Shown here: positions 38,889-52,436 of the stretch, piece after piece
How the letters are laid out: every line of letters begins with the position of its first letter
Numbering within the stretch: the stretch's first letter is position 1
Origin: Chiloscyllium plagiosum
Lineage: Eukaryota
NCBI RefSeq assembly: GCF_004010195.1
Contig: NC_057753.1
Coordinates: forward strand, 2,960,087 to 3,024,086
Direction of reading: 5' to 3'
Length of the DNA: 64,000 nt
Notes under the pieces: generated by a model
Database searches by the model: none
Told to the model about the DNA's origin: nothing
Seen by the model: the letters and a program-made list of their open reading frames with translations, nothing else
Made by a program: the position numbers and the translations under genes

Positions 38889-40516
38889 AGAACATAGAAT
38901 ATAGAACAGTACAGCACAAAACAGACCCTTCAGCCCACAACGTTGTGCCGACCATTGATCCTCATGATGTACCCTCAAATTTCTGTGACCATATGCATGT
39001 CCAGCAGTCTCTTAAATGTCTCCAATGACCTTGCTTCCACAACTGCTGCTGGCAACGCATCCCATGCTCTCACAACTCTCTGTATAAAGAACCCGCCTCT
39101 GACATCCCCTCTATACTTTCCTCCAACCAGCTTAAAACTATGACCCCTCGTATTAGCCATTTCTGCTCTGGGAAATAGTCTCTGGCTATCGACAATATCT
39201 ATGCCTCTCACTATCTTGTATACCTCAAATGGTCCCCTCTCCTCCTCCTTTTCTCCAATGAAAAATGTCCGAGCTCAGTCGAACTTTCTTCATAAGATAA
39301 GCCCTCCAGTCCAGGCAGCATCCTGGTAAACTTCCTCTGAACCCTCTCCAAAGCATCCACATCTTTCCTATAATAGGGCGACCAGAACTGGATGCAGTAT
39401 TCCAAGTGCGGTCTAACCAAACTTTTACAGAGCTGCAACAAGATCTCACGACTCTTAAACTCAATCCCCCTGTTAATGAAAGCCAAAACACCATATGCTT
39501 TCTTAACAACCCTGCCCACTTGGGTGGCCATTTTAAGCGATCTATGTACCTGCACACCAAGATCCCTCTGTTCCTCCACACTGCCAAAATTCTTATCCTT
39601 AATCAGCTTTAAATTCGACCTTCCAAAATGCATCACCTCGCATTTATCCAGGTTGAACTTCATCTGCCACCTCTCAGCCCATCTCTGCATCCTGTCAATG
39701 TCCCGCTGCAGCCTACAACAGCCCTCTTTTCTGTCAATGACACCTACAACCTTTGGTCGTCTGCAAACTTGCTGACCCATCCTTCAATCCCCTTATCTAT
39801 GTCATTAATAAAAATTACAAACAATAGAGGCCCAAGGATAGAGCTCTGTGGAACACCACTCACCGCAGACTTCCAGGCAGAATATTTTCCTTCTACTACC
39901 ACTCGCTGTCTTCTGTTGGCCGCCAATTCTGTATCCAGACAGCTAAGTTCCCCTGTATCCCATTCCTCCTGACCTTCTGAATAAGCCTACCATGGGGAAT
40001 CCTATCAAATGCCTTGCTGAAGTCTACATACACCACATCCACAGCTCGACCCTCATCAACGTTTCGAGTCACATCCTCAAAGAACTCGAAAAGATTTGTG
40101 AGGCATGACCTGCCCCTCATAAAGCCGTGTTGACTGTAATTAATCAAGCCATGCTCTTCCAGATAGTCATAAATCCTATCCCTCAGAATCCTTTCTAACA
40201 CCGTGCAGACCGACAGACTTATTGGTCTGTAATTGCCGGGGATTTCCCTATTTCCTTTATAAAGAGAGGAACTACATTTGCCTCTCTCCAGTCCTCAGGT
40301 ACGACTCCAGTGGAGAGCGAGAATGCAAAGATCTTCGCAAGTGGTGAAGCAATTGCATTTCTCGTTTCCCAAAGCAGCTGAGGACAAATCTGGTCTGGGC
40401 CTGGCGACTTGTCAATTTTTAATGTTTGACAAAATTTTCAGCACATCAGCTTCCTCTATCTCTATCCATTCCAGCATGCACACCTGCTCTTCAAAGGTTT
40501 AATTCACTACAAAGTT
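38889..40516 (-). mobile_element. Young CR1 LINE (RT to 3' tail)
   Basis: ORFs 39896..40201, 39744..39926, 39211..39780, 38975..39211 with canonical CR1 RT motifs. (AGAACAT)n tail. Confidence 0.93.
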
Positions 40517-41004
40517 CGTCTTTCTGACAGGTTAATCGAGAGATGGCGATTTGTGGAATAGATGGACAGAAAATTTGTGTTCCTGTGTGTAATATCAGAT
40601 TGGAGACCCAAATAAAGACTGGGGAAATAATAGTGGGAATGATGGACAGAGTATCTGTTCCAGGATTACAATTTATTCTTGGAAACGCCCTAGCAGAATT
40701 CAAGATGGGAGTGACGCCCCTTGTGGTGGAAAAGCCAAGTGAAAGCTAGGGAATGAAGGAGTTAAAAGAAAATGTCCTGAAATTTTTCCAAACTGTGATG
40801 TAACAAGATCCAACTTCCATAAGTTACAATAAGAAGGAAAAACTAAAGAGAGAGATGAAGGAGTTGATATTCAGTTGGCTGACACCCTGTTTGATACAGT
40901 GGTACAGGAACAGCCCGAACAAGTAGAGGGTCAGGCAGGAGTGTTTATTCCTGAAAAGCTAATGGACTTAAACAGGTAAATGGTACACTAAAAGATATAT
41001 ATAC

Positions 41005-41060
41005 CACACACACACACACACACACATATACATACGCATATATGTATGTATATGGATATA
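41005..41060. repeat. (CA)n/(TA)n microsatellite
   Basis: CACACA run followed by TATG/TATA-type repeats. Confidence 0.9.
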
Positions 41061-41344
41061 TGCTCAGAAAAGAAATCCGAATTTATTCACAAGAGTTATT
41101 ATTCTAAGGATAGAATTCTAAAACGAAAATGGAGACCACGGCAAATTAGTGCAGAGGAAAAACATGTGGCTGTGCACCAGAATGTGTTGCTGGTAGCATA
41201 CGGACAGGAATTAATGCAGGTAAGGCATGAATTACTAGTGGGAGGTCACCTAGAGGTGACGAAGACTCAGGCTAAAGTGACAAAAGCACTTCTATTGGCC
41301 TGGACTGCATAAAACTGTGGTCGAACTTTGCTGTAAATGTGGCA

Positions 41345-44238
41345 GAAATGTCCACTTAGTCCCAGACATCACAGTACTGCTCTTTTTTTCCCGATATCAT
41401 ATGAAATTCTCGAATTACGTTTGTTTTTGCATACTGTCGGGCAATCTGTCCATGTCCATTAAGATGGCCAAGCAAGGTGACTTGGGCTTTGGCAAATTAA
41501 ATCTCAGCCATGTTTAACACCAAGCCTGCCGACTGACGTTGATTGAACAGTTCTGATCAATGTTGCAAATGTTCTTTTCACGTGTGACCGAAAACGGCTG
41601 GGTCATCAATACAAACTACACAACTGCGAGATGCGAAAGTGACCTCATTGGTTCGTCTTTGCAATATGGCTGGCGCATTTTTCATACGCAATGGCATGAC
41701 TTTAAATTGATACAGTCCAGTCGGCATGACGAAAGCCAAAAGTTTCTTCGCTCTTTCAGAGAAAGGGACCTGCCAATCCCCTTTGAATGAGTTCAACTTA
41801 AAAATGTAAGCTGTTTGCCTCTCATTCTCAAAACAGTCTTTCAAACGTTGAATTGGCTTTTTTTCAAACTTTGTAACTGCATTGACTTTAAGATAGTCCA
41901 CACATAACTATTGAGTACCATATGGTTTTGACAACATTGCTATTGATGAACTCCATTGACTGCAACTCAATTCGATTATGTCGTTTGGAGCATGCGTTCA
42001 ATCTCCTTTTAAACTTGAGAGTGTGAAACCAATAAGAATGTTGCTTAATCAGAACAACATTTCCTATCTCTACGTCATGCATAATGAGGTTAGCACTTCT
42101 TAGCTGATTTCCACACTCTCCTTTTGATTTCCTTCCCTGTCAAAACATATTTTGAGCATATTCACATGACACACTATGAAATTTCTTTTCATCTGGAGTC
42201 CTTACCTAATAATTCACCTCACTCAATCTTCTTTCGACTTGATCTGGTCCACTAAACCTTGCTTTTAAAGGTTCACTTACCACTGGAAGTAACACTAACA
42301 CTTTACCTCCGATAGCAAAATTGCGAGTTTTTCATTTGTTAACTGCTTCCTGTTTCACTGAATGCTGTGATACTTTTAAATGCGGACTAGCCAACTCCCC
42401 CGCTCTATTTCGCCATTCCATAAAATTTGATAGAGTCCAAATGTGTGTTCTTTGAATTCTGACTTGCCAGTTTCTCTTTTATTAATGTTAGCAGTCCTCT
42501 CACAGCATGCTGAAAAACCCATTGAAATGAATTGAATTTGCTCGATGCATTTGGCGCATCTATGCGTGCAAAATCTTAAAAAAAAAACAGAATACCCTAA
42601 TCCCAATCATCTGGATAGTCTTGGCTATAACGCTTCAATTTGAATCTTAATGCCTAATGGCATCTTTCTAGCGTTCACTGCGATTCTCGATGGTGTGCAG
42701 TAGATTAGACTTGCTTTTTTTTCCAGAAGCTGTCCATAACGTCCTTGAATAATTTTGACGCAAGGTTTCAACCTTGAAATGATTGTGTCTCTGTGGGTGC
42801 TCCAAAAATTTGAGTAACTCTTCTTCAATACTTTTAGCTTTGGTAAGTGTAACGGAACGGCTTCTGTAAATCTAGTGGACGCACCCATTACTGTTAACAA
42901 ACACTAATTTCTACTTTTTTTGTTTTAGGTAGGAGTCCTTCACAATTAATTAAGACTCTTGTAAAAGATTCCTCAAATCAGGAGCAGGTATTAAAGGTAC
43001 GGGCTTTATTATTGTCAATAGTTTTCCAATAACCTGACATGTATTACAGTTGAAAAATGTGGTGCTGGAAAAACGCAGCAGGCCAGGCAGCGTCTGAGGA
43101 GCAGTATTACAGTGTCTGGCAAAATTCAACGACATCCTTGTGCAGCCCGGGCCACTAAAAATGTCTTTGCATTTTGGCTTGAGCTTTTCTTACCTCTAAT
43201 TGACCTTCATGTGCTACCCGCAACACCTCCTTTCTGTAACTCACTGGCAATATGACTTGGTGAACTTTTGCCCATTTCTCATCTGCCTGAATCTGCCATC
43301 TCATCATTAAGACATAATTTTTAAGATAATCGCACTTAGGAATACATTCAGATTCTTCCTCTGTGTATGTTTTTTGATATGACTGCTTTAGTTTTTCATC
43401 TTTCTGCTGTAACTCAGTTAATATCTCTAAGCTAAAGATGTTTACTTTATCGTCCATCTCCTCCTGGCGTGTCGCAAACATTTGATCATACAGGCTCTCC
43501 AATAATTCCACTTAAGCTTTCTTATCCGAACTCTTTGATGTCTCCTGTTTCAACTAGTGACTTTGTGACCTCGTTGCCATGCAGTCCAGAAAAGTTCCTT
43601 TAATAGCTCAGTTTCCCGATTTTACAGTGGCAGCGCTCCTACGCGTGAACCAGCAAGGACAAATGGTATTCCTGGAGACAAGATGTCCAGTATTCTTGCC
43701 ACATTTGTCTGCACTTCACCGGACACCTGAACATTATTCTGCATAATTCAGTACTTCTTGTCCTACTGTGAATTCCCGTTACTTGCACTTTTGTTTTCTG
43801 ACAATAGACCTCTAAAGGTACATATCTCGTCATCTTTCAACATCAAAGATTGAGAGGATCCTGTATCTCTTAATATTGTAACCTCTTTAACTGCTCCGTG
43901 AGACAGGTGTGGGTAAACTTTACCTTCGCAAGTGTATGGTTTAAGAAATCTGGCACTTACTTCTTAACCAAGCTCCGACCAGTTTGTACATTCTGGTGCA
44001 ACTTTTTAATCTCCACTGTGTTTTCTGTTACAACTCCAACCAGATTCAGTGGCTTGTCCTGTTTTGCTACGTCTGTCATCCCAGCGTTTGTTTTCTAAAC
44101 CACCAACACTGTCATTTCACATGGCCTACTTTATTGAAGTGAAAACACCAGAGCTTTTTAATTACTCTTTCCCCTTCTAGAGTTTCCCTTTTCTCCCCTG
44201 CAGTAAATTACCCTCGTGATCTTCACTGAAATCTATTG
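41345..44238 (-). mobile_element. Gmr1-type Gypsy internal fragment (gag-PR-INT-RT)
   Basis: LRDTGSSQS protease, EVLRVAHEGQLEVRK, STRFTEAVPL integrase, FVMPTGLYQFKVMPL and CIDD RT. 53-bp Penelope tail inserted at 43051-43103 with TSD GTATTACAGT. Confidence 0.85.
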
Positions 44239-45730
44239 AATTCATTGAGGATGTGACAAGACAGTTGATGCAGGTCGAGCAGTGCATGAGGTGTGCATGG
44301 ATTTCAGTAAGACATTTGTTAAGGTTCTACCCGGTATGCTTATTCGGAAAGTTAGGACCTCTGGGATATTTGGACATTTGGATGTCTGGGTATAGAATTG
44401 GCTGTACGAAAGAAGACAGTGAGTGGTGGTGGATGGCAAGTATTCTGCTTGAAGGTCAGTGAGCAGTGGTTTTCCCACAGAGAACCGTTCTTAAGCCTCT
44501 GCTCTTTGTAGCTTTTATAAATGACTTGGATGAAGAAGTAGAAGGGTGAATTATTTATTTTGCCGATGACACAAAGGCCAGTGGTGTTGTAGATAGTGTC
44601 ACGGGTTGTTGCAGGATACAACAAGACATTGACACGATGCAGAGCTGGGCTGAGAAGTGGCAAGTGGGTTTCAACCTGGATAAATGCGAAGTGATTCAGT
44701 GTGGAAAGTTGAATTTAAGTGCTGTATACAGGGTTAAAGACTGGATTCTTGACAGTGTGGAGGAACAGCGGGATATTGGGGTCCACAGACATAGATCCCT
44801 CCATGTTGACACACGGGTGGATAGGGTTGTTAAGAAGGTGTATGGTGTTTTGGCTTTCATTAACAGGGGGATTGAGTTTAATACCCGGGAAGTTTTGCTT
44901 AAGCTCTATAAAACACTAGTTAGAGAACACTTGCGGTATTGTGTACAGTTCTGGTCACTTCATTATAGGAAGGGTGTAGAAGGTGCAGAGAGGGTGCAGA
45001 GGAGATTAACCAGGATTGCCTGGTTTGGAGGGTTTGTCTTATGAAGAGAGATTGATTGAGCTCAGTTTTTTTCACACTGGAGAGAAGAAGGAAGTGATGT
45101 GAGTTGATAGAGGTGTACAAGGTAATGACAAGCAAAAATAGATTAGAGAGCCAGAGACTTTTCCACAGGGCAGAAATGGCTGTCACGACGGGGGAGTGGG
45201 GGTCATAACATTAAGGTGATCGGAGGAAGGTATAGGCGACAGATCAGAGGTAGTCACATTACACAGAGAGTGGTGGATGCACGGAGCGCACTGCCCGCGG
45301 TCGTCATGGAGTCAGAGACATTAGGGATATTTGAGTGACTGCTGGACAAGCACATAGACGGCAGTAAATTGAGTGGTGTGTCGGCTAGGTTGATCTTAAA
45401 TTAAGATAAATGCTCGGCATAACAACGTGAGTCGAAGGTGCTGTACTGTACTCTACTGTTCTGTGTTCTATGTTCTGTATTCTACCGTGCTTACAACACA
45501 CTTAAGACTGACTGGTCTGCAATTCCCAGGGATTTCCCATTTCTCTTTCTTGAACAGAGGAACAACATTCACCTCCCTGCGATCATTTCGTGCTACTTCC
45601 GTGGAGAGTGAGGATGCAAAGATCATTTGCAGAGGTGCAGCAATCCCATTTCTCACTTCGCGAAATAACCTTGGATATATTTGATCCAGTCCTGGGGATT
45701 TATCTATTTTGATGCTTCCCAGAACTTGCA
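44239..45730 (+). mobile_element. CR1 LINE RT to 3' end, followed by an inverted CR1 fragment (45480-45730)
   Basis: ORF 44637..45044 (WAEKWQVGFNLDKCEV...CVQFWSLHYRK). TTCTATG tail. Confidence 0.88.
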
Positions 45731-46017
45731 GACCCTACATGCTTCTCACCAAATTTTAAAAATGCTTGAATATCTTTAAACAGATCCCCACCAGGCCTTT
45801 GCCTATCCTGGGTTTGCTCATCCTCACTCTCCTCCTCACTAAGCATGCCTTCAGCCTTCATTTCCATCTTTTGACACCAACCTTCTGGTCCAAGTGTTGG
45901 AGAGAGGCGCGTACCCTTGTTACAACTGATTAAATAACAAAGTGATTAAATAATAATAAAGCAGATATATCCATACAGAGAATATCTCAGAAAATGTGCA
46001 TCTTTCAGCAAGTAGAG

Positions 46018-46945
46018 CATGGATGACACCAAAATTGGAGGTGTAGTGGACAGCGAAGAGGGTTACTTCAGATTACAGCAGGATCTTGACCAGATGGGCA
46101 AATGGGCCGAGAAGTGGCAGATGGAGTTTAATTCAGATAAATGCGAGGTGCTGCATTTTCGGAAAGCAAATCTTAGCAGGACTTATACACTTAATGGTAA
46201 GTTCCTGGGGAGTGTTGCTGAACAAAGAGACCTTGGAGTGTAGGTTCATAGCTCCTTGAAAGTGGAGTAGAAGGTGGATAGGATAGTGAAGAAGGCTTTT
46301 GGTATGCTTTCTTTTATTAGTTAGAGTATTGAGTACAGGAGTTGGGAGGTCATGTTGCGGCTGTATAGGGAATTGGTTAGGCCACTGCTGGAATATTGCG
46401 TGTAATTCTGGTCTCCTTCCTATCGGAAAGATGTTGTGAAACTTGAAAAGGTTCAGAAAAGTTTTACAAGAATGTTGCCAGGGTTGCAGGGTTTGAGCTA
46501 TAGGGAGAGGCTGAACAGGCTGGGGCTGTTTTCCCTGGTACATTGGAGGCTGAGGGGTGACCTTATAGAGGTTTACAAAATTATGAGGGGCATGGTAGGG
46601 AAAATAGGCAAAGTCTTTTCCCTGGGGTGGGAGAGTCTAGAACTAGAGTGCATAGGTTTAGGGTGAGAGGGGAAAGATATAAGAGATCGAAGGGGCAGCT
46701 TTTTCACACCGAGGGTGGTATGTATGTGTAATAAGCTGCCAGAGGAGCTGGTGGAGGCTGGTACAATTGCAACATTTAAGAGACATTTGGATGGGTATAT
46801 GAATAGGAAAGTTATGGAAGGATATGGACCGGGTGCTGGCAGGTGGGACTACATTGGGATGGGATGTCTGGTTGGCATGGAAGGGTTGGACCGAAGGGTC
46901 TAGTTCCACGCTGTACATCGCTATGACTCTCTGGCTCTATGACAC
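46018..46945 (+). mobile_element. CR1 LINE 3' portion ending ~300 bp upstream of gene B exon 1
   Basis: DDTKIGGVVDSEEGY...WQMEFNSDKCEVLHF, RLRGDLIEVYKIM. Confidence 0.9.
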
Positions 46946-47240
46946 GACTATAATGGATTGAACCATGGTTCCAACCGCTTCTTAAAACCAAAACAGCTAC
47001 AGCTCTGTTATTGTCTGGGTATTTCACTTTGGAATCTTGTCAGGTCCCTTGAAGAAATATTTAATTTCACCAAAATGTAAACACCAGCTGAATAATAGCT
47101 GCAACAACATGTTGGGTTTCCATGAATGTAATTATTGCCGAAACTGGAACAAACTAATCATCTCTCTGGAGGATAAGATGAAGTATAATTGTGCCTGGTT
47201 GTCATCAAATTTCAGAATGTACTTCGACTTTCCGATAGAA

Positions 47241-47310
47241 ATGCACGCTCTGCTGAGAGGCCTGGTGTTTGCCATTTATTATCCCATCATTGCAGTTATC
47301 GGGGTTCCAG
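47241..47310 (+). CDS. GPR139/GPR142-like GPCR gene B, coding exon 1 (MHALLRGLVFAIYYPIIAVIGVP + G)
   Basis: ATG at 47241, 70 nt, donor CCAG|GTAAAG, paralogous to exon at 13210. The frame is open further upstream, so the start could be earlier. Confidence 0.86.
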
Positions 47311-47819
47311 GTAAAGTACTACAGATATTTAAGAACCATTGAATCATACTTGTCTGTGCCAATCTATTAGGTTTATCAACAGAACCTTTTCATGTTCGAT
47401 ATATCATTTATTATATTTAATGAAGATACCTTCTCCTTTCTGCGGTTTAATGTCTTTATGGCAATTTTTATCTTCCTCCCTGCAACGGAGTCACTTTTTC
47501 CAGTTTTAGTCGTGAAGTTTTATTTACTTTCCGACAAAAGTTGCGAGTATTAATTCTTAATTCTTCAATTTATCAAATTTAACATCGTCACTCTCCATTC
47601 AATCAGAACAGTCTGATCATAATAAATGGCATAGTTACTTCCCATGGAAGTTGTCATTCCATCGTTTCAATTACGTAATTTCTTGCGTTAATATTTCATA
47701 TTTAATGCGTCAAAGGTTGCTCAGTTGTGTTCGATCAGTTGATCAGTTCATGTGGGTAAATATTCACACAGCTATCACGATCTAAACGAAATTCTGTCAG
47801 GTTATTGTCACCCTTGTTG

Positions 47820-49745
47820 TGCATTAGTTATCAAGTTGTGCCTGTGCCATTGTGAAATTGCACAAAACCCAGGATAAGAGGATCTCAACGAGCCTTCCGC
47901 TCGTCAGGGATACTATCACCTACATGCAAGACACGGGGTGTGGATATCTGCCTTATGAACCTGGGCAGGAGAAGGCATTTGACAGGATATTGCACACCTG
48001 CATGTGCGTTGTTCGGATGGATTGGATCTGACTGCTCCATACCAACATCTTCGTGCAGTCTTCATCAGAAGTGGTAATCAGAACGACTCCCACTCAGGTC
48101 CGGAGTCAACAAACTGTCCACTTTGCCAGCCTTGTTTGTGTTTGTACGGAATTCTTGCTGGGCAAGCCCAGCAAGGTGAATACTCCAAGCAGTGAAGACA
48201 TGCAGAATAAAACCTCGCTGTGCTTGAATGACGTTATCATTTTCTACTTGGATCCACCGTCAGAGCACAAAATCCTGAACGTTACCTACCAGTGCAAACT
48301 GGCCTCTGGAACCGAGGTGTGTGCAGTCAAGAGCACGTTCATGTTCTTTGAGAACTGGACTTATCAATCGTTTGTCCCCTTCCGCATCAGGGCACATTGT
48401 CTGAAAGTGTCAGGAATACGCTTCAGAGGACCTGTGGTGTGCACAACTACTTGGGAGGAGCGTACCACCGGGGTGAGGCAGTAACCGGGCTTATGGGAGC
48501 ACCACTCCCTTTTCATTGCGACTAAAAACCTGATCAGCAGGTGTGAGGTACCCTTGGTGTTGCTGTACGTGGCCTAGGTGTGTTCCACTCCCCGAACCTG
48601 TACCCTTGCAACTACCCAAGTCATCTTTCATTTCTTCTTGAGGTCAAGAAAGGAACATATTCACAGAGGTATCATGTACAAAGCTCTGGATAAGGAGAGG
48701 TGAAAGGCATACTCAAAGCTGCACTCGTCCTAATGGCCGCTTTTGTTCACAGCTGCATTAACCTGTGCATAGACCCTCAAAATACAAGCACCACTGTTAC
48801 TACGTAACTAACGTTCTCCTGGTCCCCGGTGTGTTGAAGGATGGATCTGACCACATTGCAGCTGAATATTGACAACCGTTAGACTTTTCCAAATCACCTA
48901 TCTCTCTTTCATGGAGAAATTTAGATGGAAAGCGCCTTTAATGATCAGGCCATCAGGGAATTGTCAGCATATCGGGTCCTCAAGACAATATGGCAAAAGC
49001 AGAGAATAGATCCCTTCACGTGGATCGCTGAGCAGGCAGTCAAAGTCATTAAGCAGACTGCCTCATCGCGAAAACTTTCCAACAAGCACCAAGACATCTT
49101 CTGGCTGGTGGTGAGAAGGGAATTGCCTGGCAGATCATTCATACATGCACAGACTCTCTCCACACCGACACACTGCACTCGATGCAGCTAGGGCTTGGTG
49201 AGGGTGAAGGGTGTGTGGGGCAATGAAAGAGGCTTTCACGCATATCCTTCTGGAATGTGCATTTGCAAAGAAGATCTCGAGAGAGAAGCATAGTTTTTGT
49301 CAGGTTTCATCCCAAACAGTTTTGTGACACAGGAATCTTCCCTATGAGCTTTTCCATGGAATGACCATTGACTGTGAATGGAGAGCCATCAATTTGGTGA
49401 AAAAGACTTATTGGTCTTCCAGTGCAGAGCTGACCTCGACTGGATGTTGCAAACTGGCACATTTCAAGGTCCAGGATCACGTCCTGATGATTGTATTAAT
49501 GCTAGGAGCTGCTGCTGCCAATATGGGGAAATATTGCTGTCTAAGGTACTTCTTCCAAAGTATAGAGAGGGTTTGTTCAGTTCTGAGAGCCCTTTCAGGA
49601 TTTATCCGAGAAGTATACAATTCCAATGCATTTGTTTTTATCTCTATATATATAAAGAGTAAGAATTGTTTAAGGGCCACTTGTACGAGTACATGCTTTT
49701 TTTTTTTACGAATGAACTTTATGTTTGCAGTGATGGAAAGTCTGT
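47820..49745 (+). mobile_element. Degenerate Tx1/L1-clade LINE in gene B intron
   Basis: NLGQEKAFDRI RT motif, LSNKHQDIFWLVVRRELP, C-x2-C...HILLECAFAK zinc finger. Confidence 0.75.
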
Positions 49746-50222
49746 GATGTATCCTTGGCAGATGAGGAATAGTTCCATAAAACGGGTTATTAAGTGAATA
49801 AAGAAACGTTATTCATCACCAGGATATCGGACGAAATATATAAAATGTAGTTCTGGCCTCAGGATAAGAACCCCAGCAACAGCACACAATTGTATGATTG
49901 AATTTATATTCAGTTGAAGTGGAGAAACATGAGATAAGACTAGCATTTCAAATTGAAATAAGGGCAACTATGCAGACAAGAAGGCTGATCTGGCTGACAT
50001 AACCTGTCCTTCTTGAAAAGAGGATAGATTATTAGAGGTCCATTGACAGTCATATTATGGGACGTTCTCGAATGATCAGAAGTAGGATAACCCCACAATA
50101 GCGAAGATCTCTAAAGAAGGGGACCACCTTCACTATTTAACTAAAAAGAAGAATCACGCCAAACTTAAGGGAAAAAAAATCACTGCACAAAGAGGAGTGG
50201 CAAGTCAATTGACTGAGCAGAA

Positions 50223-50822
50223 TGTTGTGATTGTCCAAGCCAGACCCACTCAAAGCATTTCAAGCCCAGACGCCAACTTTGCTATTTGTTTTCAGTAGGT
50301 GTAATGCGGATTTTCTGGGAGGGCTGCAGTTGGTCAAACTGCTTAGTTTTAAAGGAAACAACATTTATTTACAAGATTACCGAATGAAATACAAGCAAAA
50401 GGGAATAGAATACAGAATAACTTAAACTATCCGAAAAACCAACTGATCATCCCAACTTAATGGTGCTGTTCCAATTGCTTGTAACACTCCCCATAAACAC
50501 CCCTTGACGTAAAAAGTGAAATGGTACACAAGGTCTTACAGGGGAAACGTCAGAAAGAGGGTACTAACGTGAACCTGCTTCCTTAGGTCCAGCAGCTTCA
50601 AAACACTACTGTGCTAAAACCAAACCAAACCCGAGCTGGGAGCACTTTCATTGTGCAAGTCTTCGTTTTAGAAAGCTAAAAAGCCTTCTGCCTGAGGGCG
50701 TATGTGTTAGCTAAAATCAAACTGGCCCAATAACCCATCCAAATCAGAGTCTGTGTCAGTTCTGAGCACTCTGAAAAAAACGAAGGAAAACATTACCTTG
50801 TCAAAGGAGAAGCATCGTCACA
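50223..50822 (-). mobile_element. Solo LTR nested in an old CR1 ORF2 remnant (~49750-52200)
   Basis: Ends AGCATCGTCACA. Same family as 20494-21062. Confidence 0.8.
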
Positions 50823-52436
50823 GTATAAGGAAAGACTGAGAATCACGGAAAGGTTAATCATGAGGAAACGCGAGATGAACCTAGTTAGAATCGTGAAATG
50901 AATGATAACAGATTCTAGACAGAATAATACAGAAGAGGAATGGAAAGAGTAAGCCAAGTGAACGTTGATCATCTCTTGAAAGAGACTGGGGAGATTATGG
51001 CGGTTAATAAAGAAGTGGTGGGTGATTATTGTTTGTCTTTCCTACGGAAGATAAAAGAAACCATCCCACCTATAGCTGAAAATCAGATACAAGGAAGGGA
51101 GAGATGTACTTAGTGAAACAACAGGCATAGGAAAGAGGCATAAGCAAGTGTGTAGCTCGGCTATTCACAAGGCTCTGAGTCCAGAAAAGTTCACGACAGG
51201 CCTTAAAGGAACTTCTCAATGAGGTAATAGATATGTTGGTGCTAAATTTATGAAATGTCTTACTGTCATGATAGGTTACATGGGAAAGGAAAGTAGCAAA
51301 TATGCCCTTTCTGGAAGAGAGGGAGATAGAAAACGGGACATTGTAGACCATTCTGTGTGACATCTGTCTGTCTCTGAATAAGGGTTTTAAAATGGAAGTT
51401 CTCGAATCTTCTGGGACATTCCCTGAATCTAAAAATTCATCGACGATTATTACCACTGGTATTCCTTTTTTGTAAATCCAAGAACACAACCCAAAAGCTC
51501 CAGGGATGCTGCTATCTCCCAAACACCCATTCCCCTTCAGCCCTGAAATATTTGGAATTTTTGATATGTTATCAATGCTCTCCACCAAGAAGACTGATGC
51601 AGATTAATTACTCAACTTGTCTGCCATTTTATGATTTGTTATTATTATTTCCCCAGCCTCATTCTCTAAGGGGTATTTGTTCGCTTTGGCTGCTCTTTCC
51701 AGTTGAATATTTTTAAAGAAACCATTATTGTTCGTCTTCATAATCCTCCTTTCTCTGACTCACTAGTTTATTCCATCCCTCTTAATTTTAGATGACCTTT
51801 TGTTAACTTTAATAAGTTTCCAAATCTTCAGGTTTACCAGTATTATCTGCATATAATTGTATCATTTTACTTTTCCTTTTTCATTTTGATACTGTTCTTG
51901 TCTGTCATCCCTATGTCATTAATTCATTTAAATGCTGTACCTGATCTAATTTTCACACTCCAAAACTAAATGATAAATTTCACCAATAGAGGAACTCTTA
52001 TTCTGAGATTATTTTTTAAATTGGTTTCATTATACATTTAATGATCTCAAATTGCCTGATCAGAGATTGGATTTATAGCATATTGTTCCAGGAAGCTCTC
52101 CCAGATACACTCCATGAATTCTTCCTCATGCCAATCTTTGCCAATTTGATTGCTTCAAACTACATGAACATTTACCCCATTTATAGTTACTGTGTTTGGC
52201 TTTGTTTTCAATGATGTAATTCCGTTATTCTGTATTCTCTGAATGCTGCTTTTGTTCGGGGCCCTATGGTGTAATGCCTTCTGTGTTTTGGGTGTCCAAA
52301 AGATGTTGGAGCACAATTAGGCCATTCTGCTCATTGCTCCACCATTCAATTATGGGTAGTACACTTTTAAATTCCATTTTCCTGCTTTCTCCCTTTGATG
52401 TCTTTCCAAATCAACTACTTATCTATGTTTATCTGA

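Larger units (their letters stand above)
38445..41345 (+). mobile_element. Gmr1-type Gypsy fragment (gag CCHC, protease, integrase N-terminus) split by CR1 38889-40516
   Basis: LRCFHCNRAGHVK, VSVPGLQFILGNAL, HELLVGGHLEVTKTQAK, FYWPGLHK. Confidence 0.82.

Noticed and set aside
47311..47342. ORF 47037..47342 as a standalone single-exon protein
   Set aside because: The tail GKVLQIFKNH is read-through past a canonical donor conserved with gene A.
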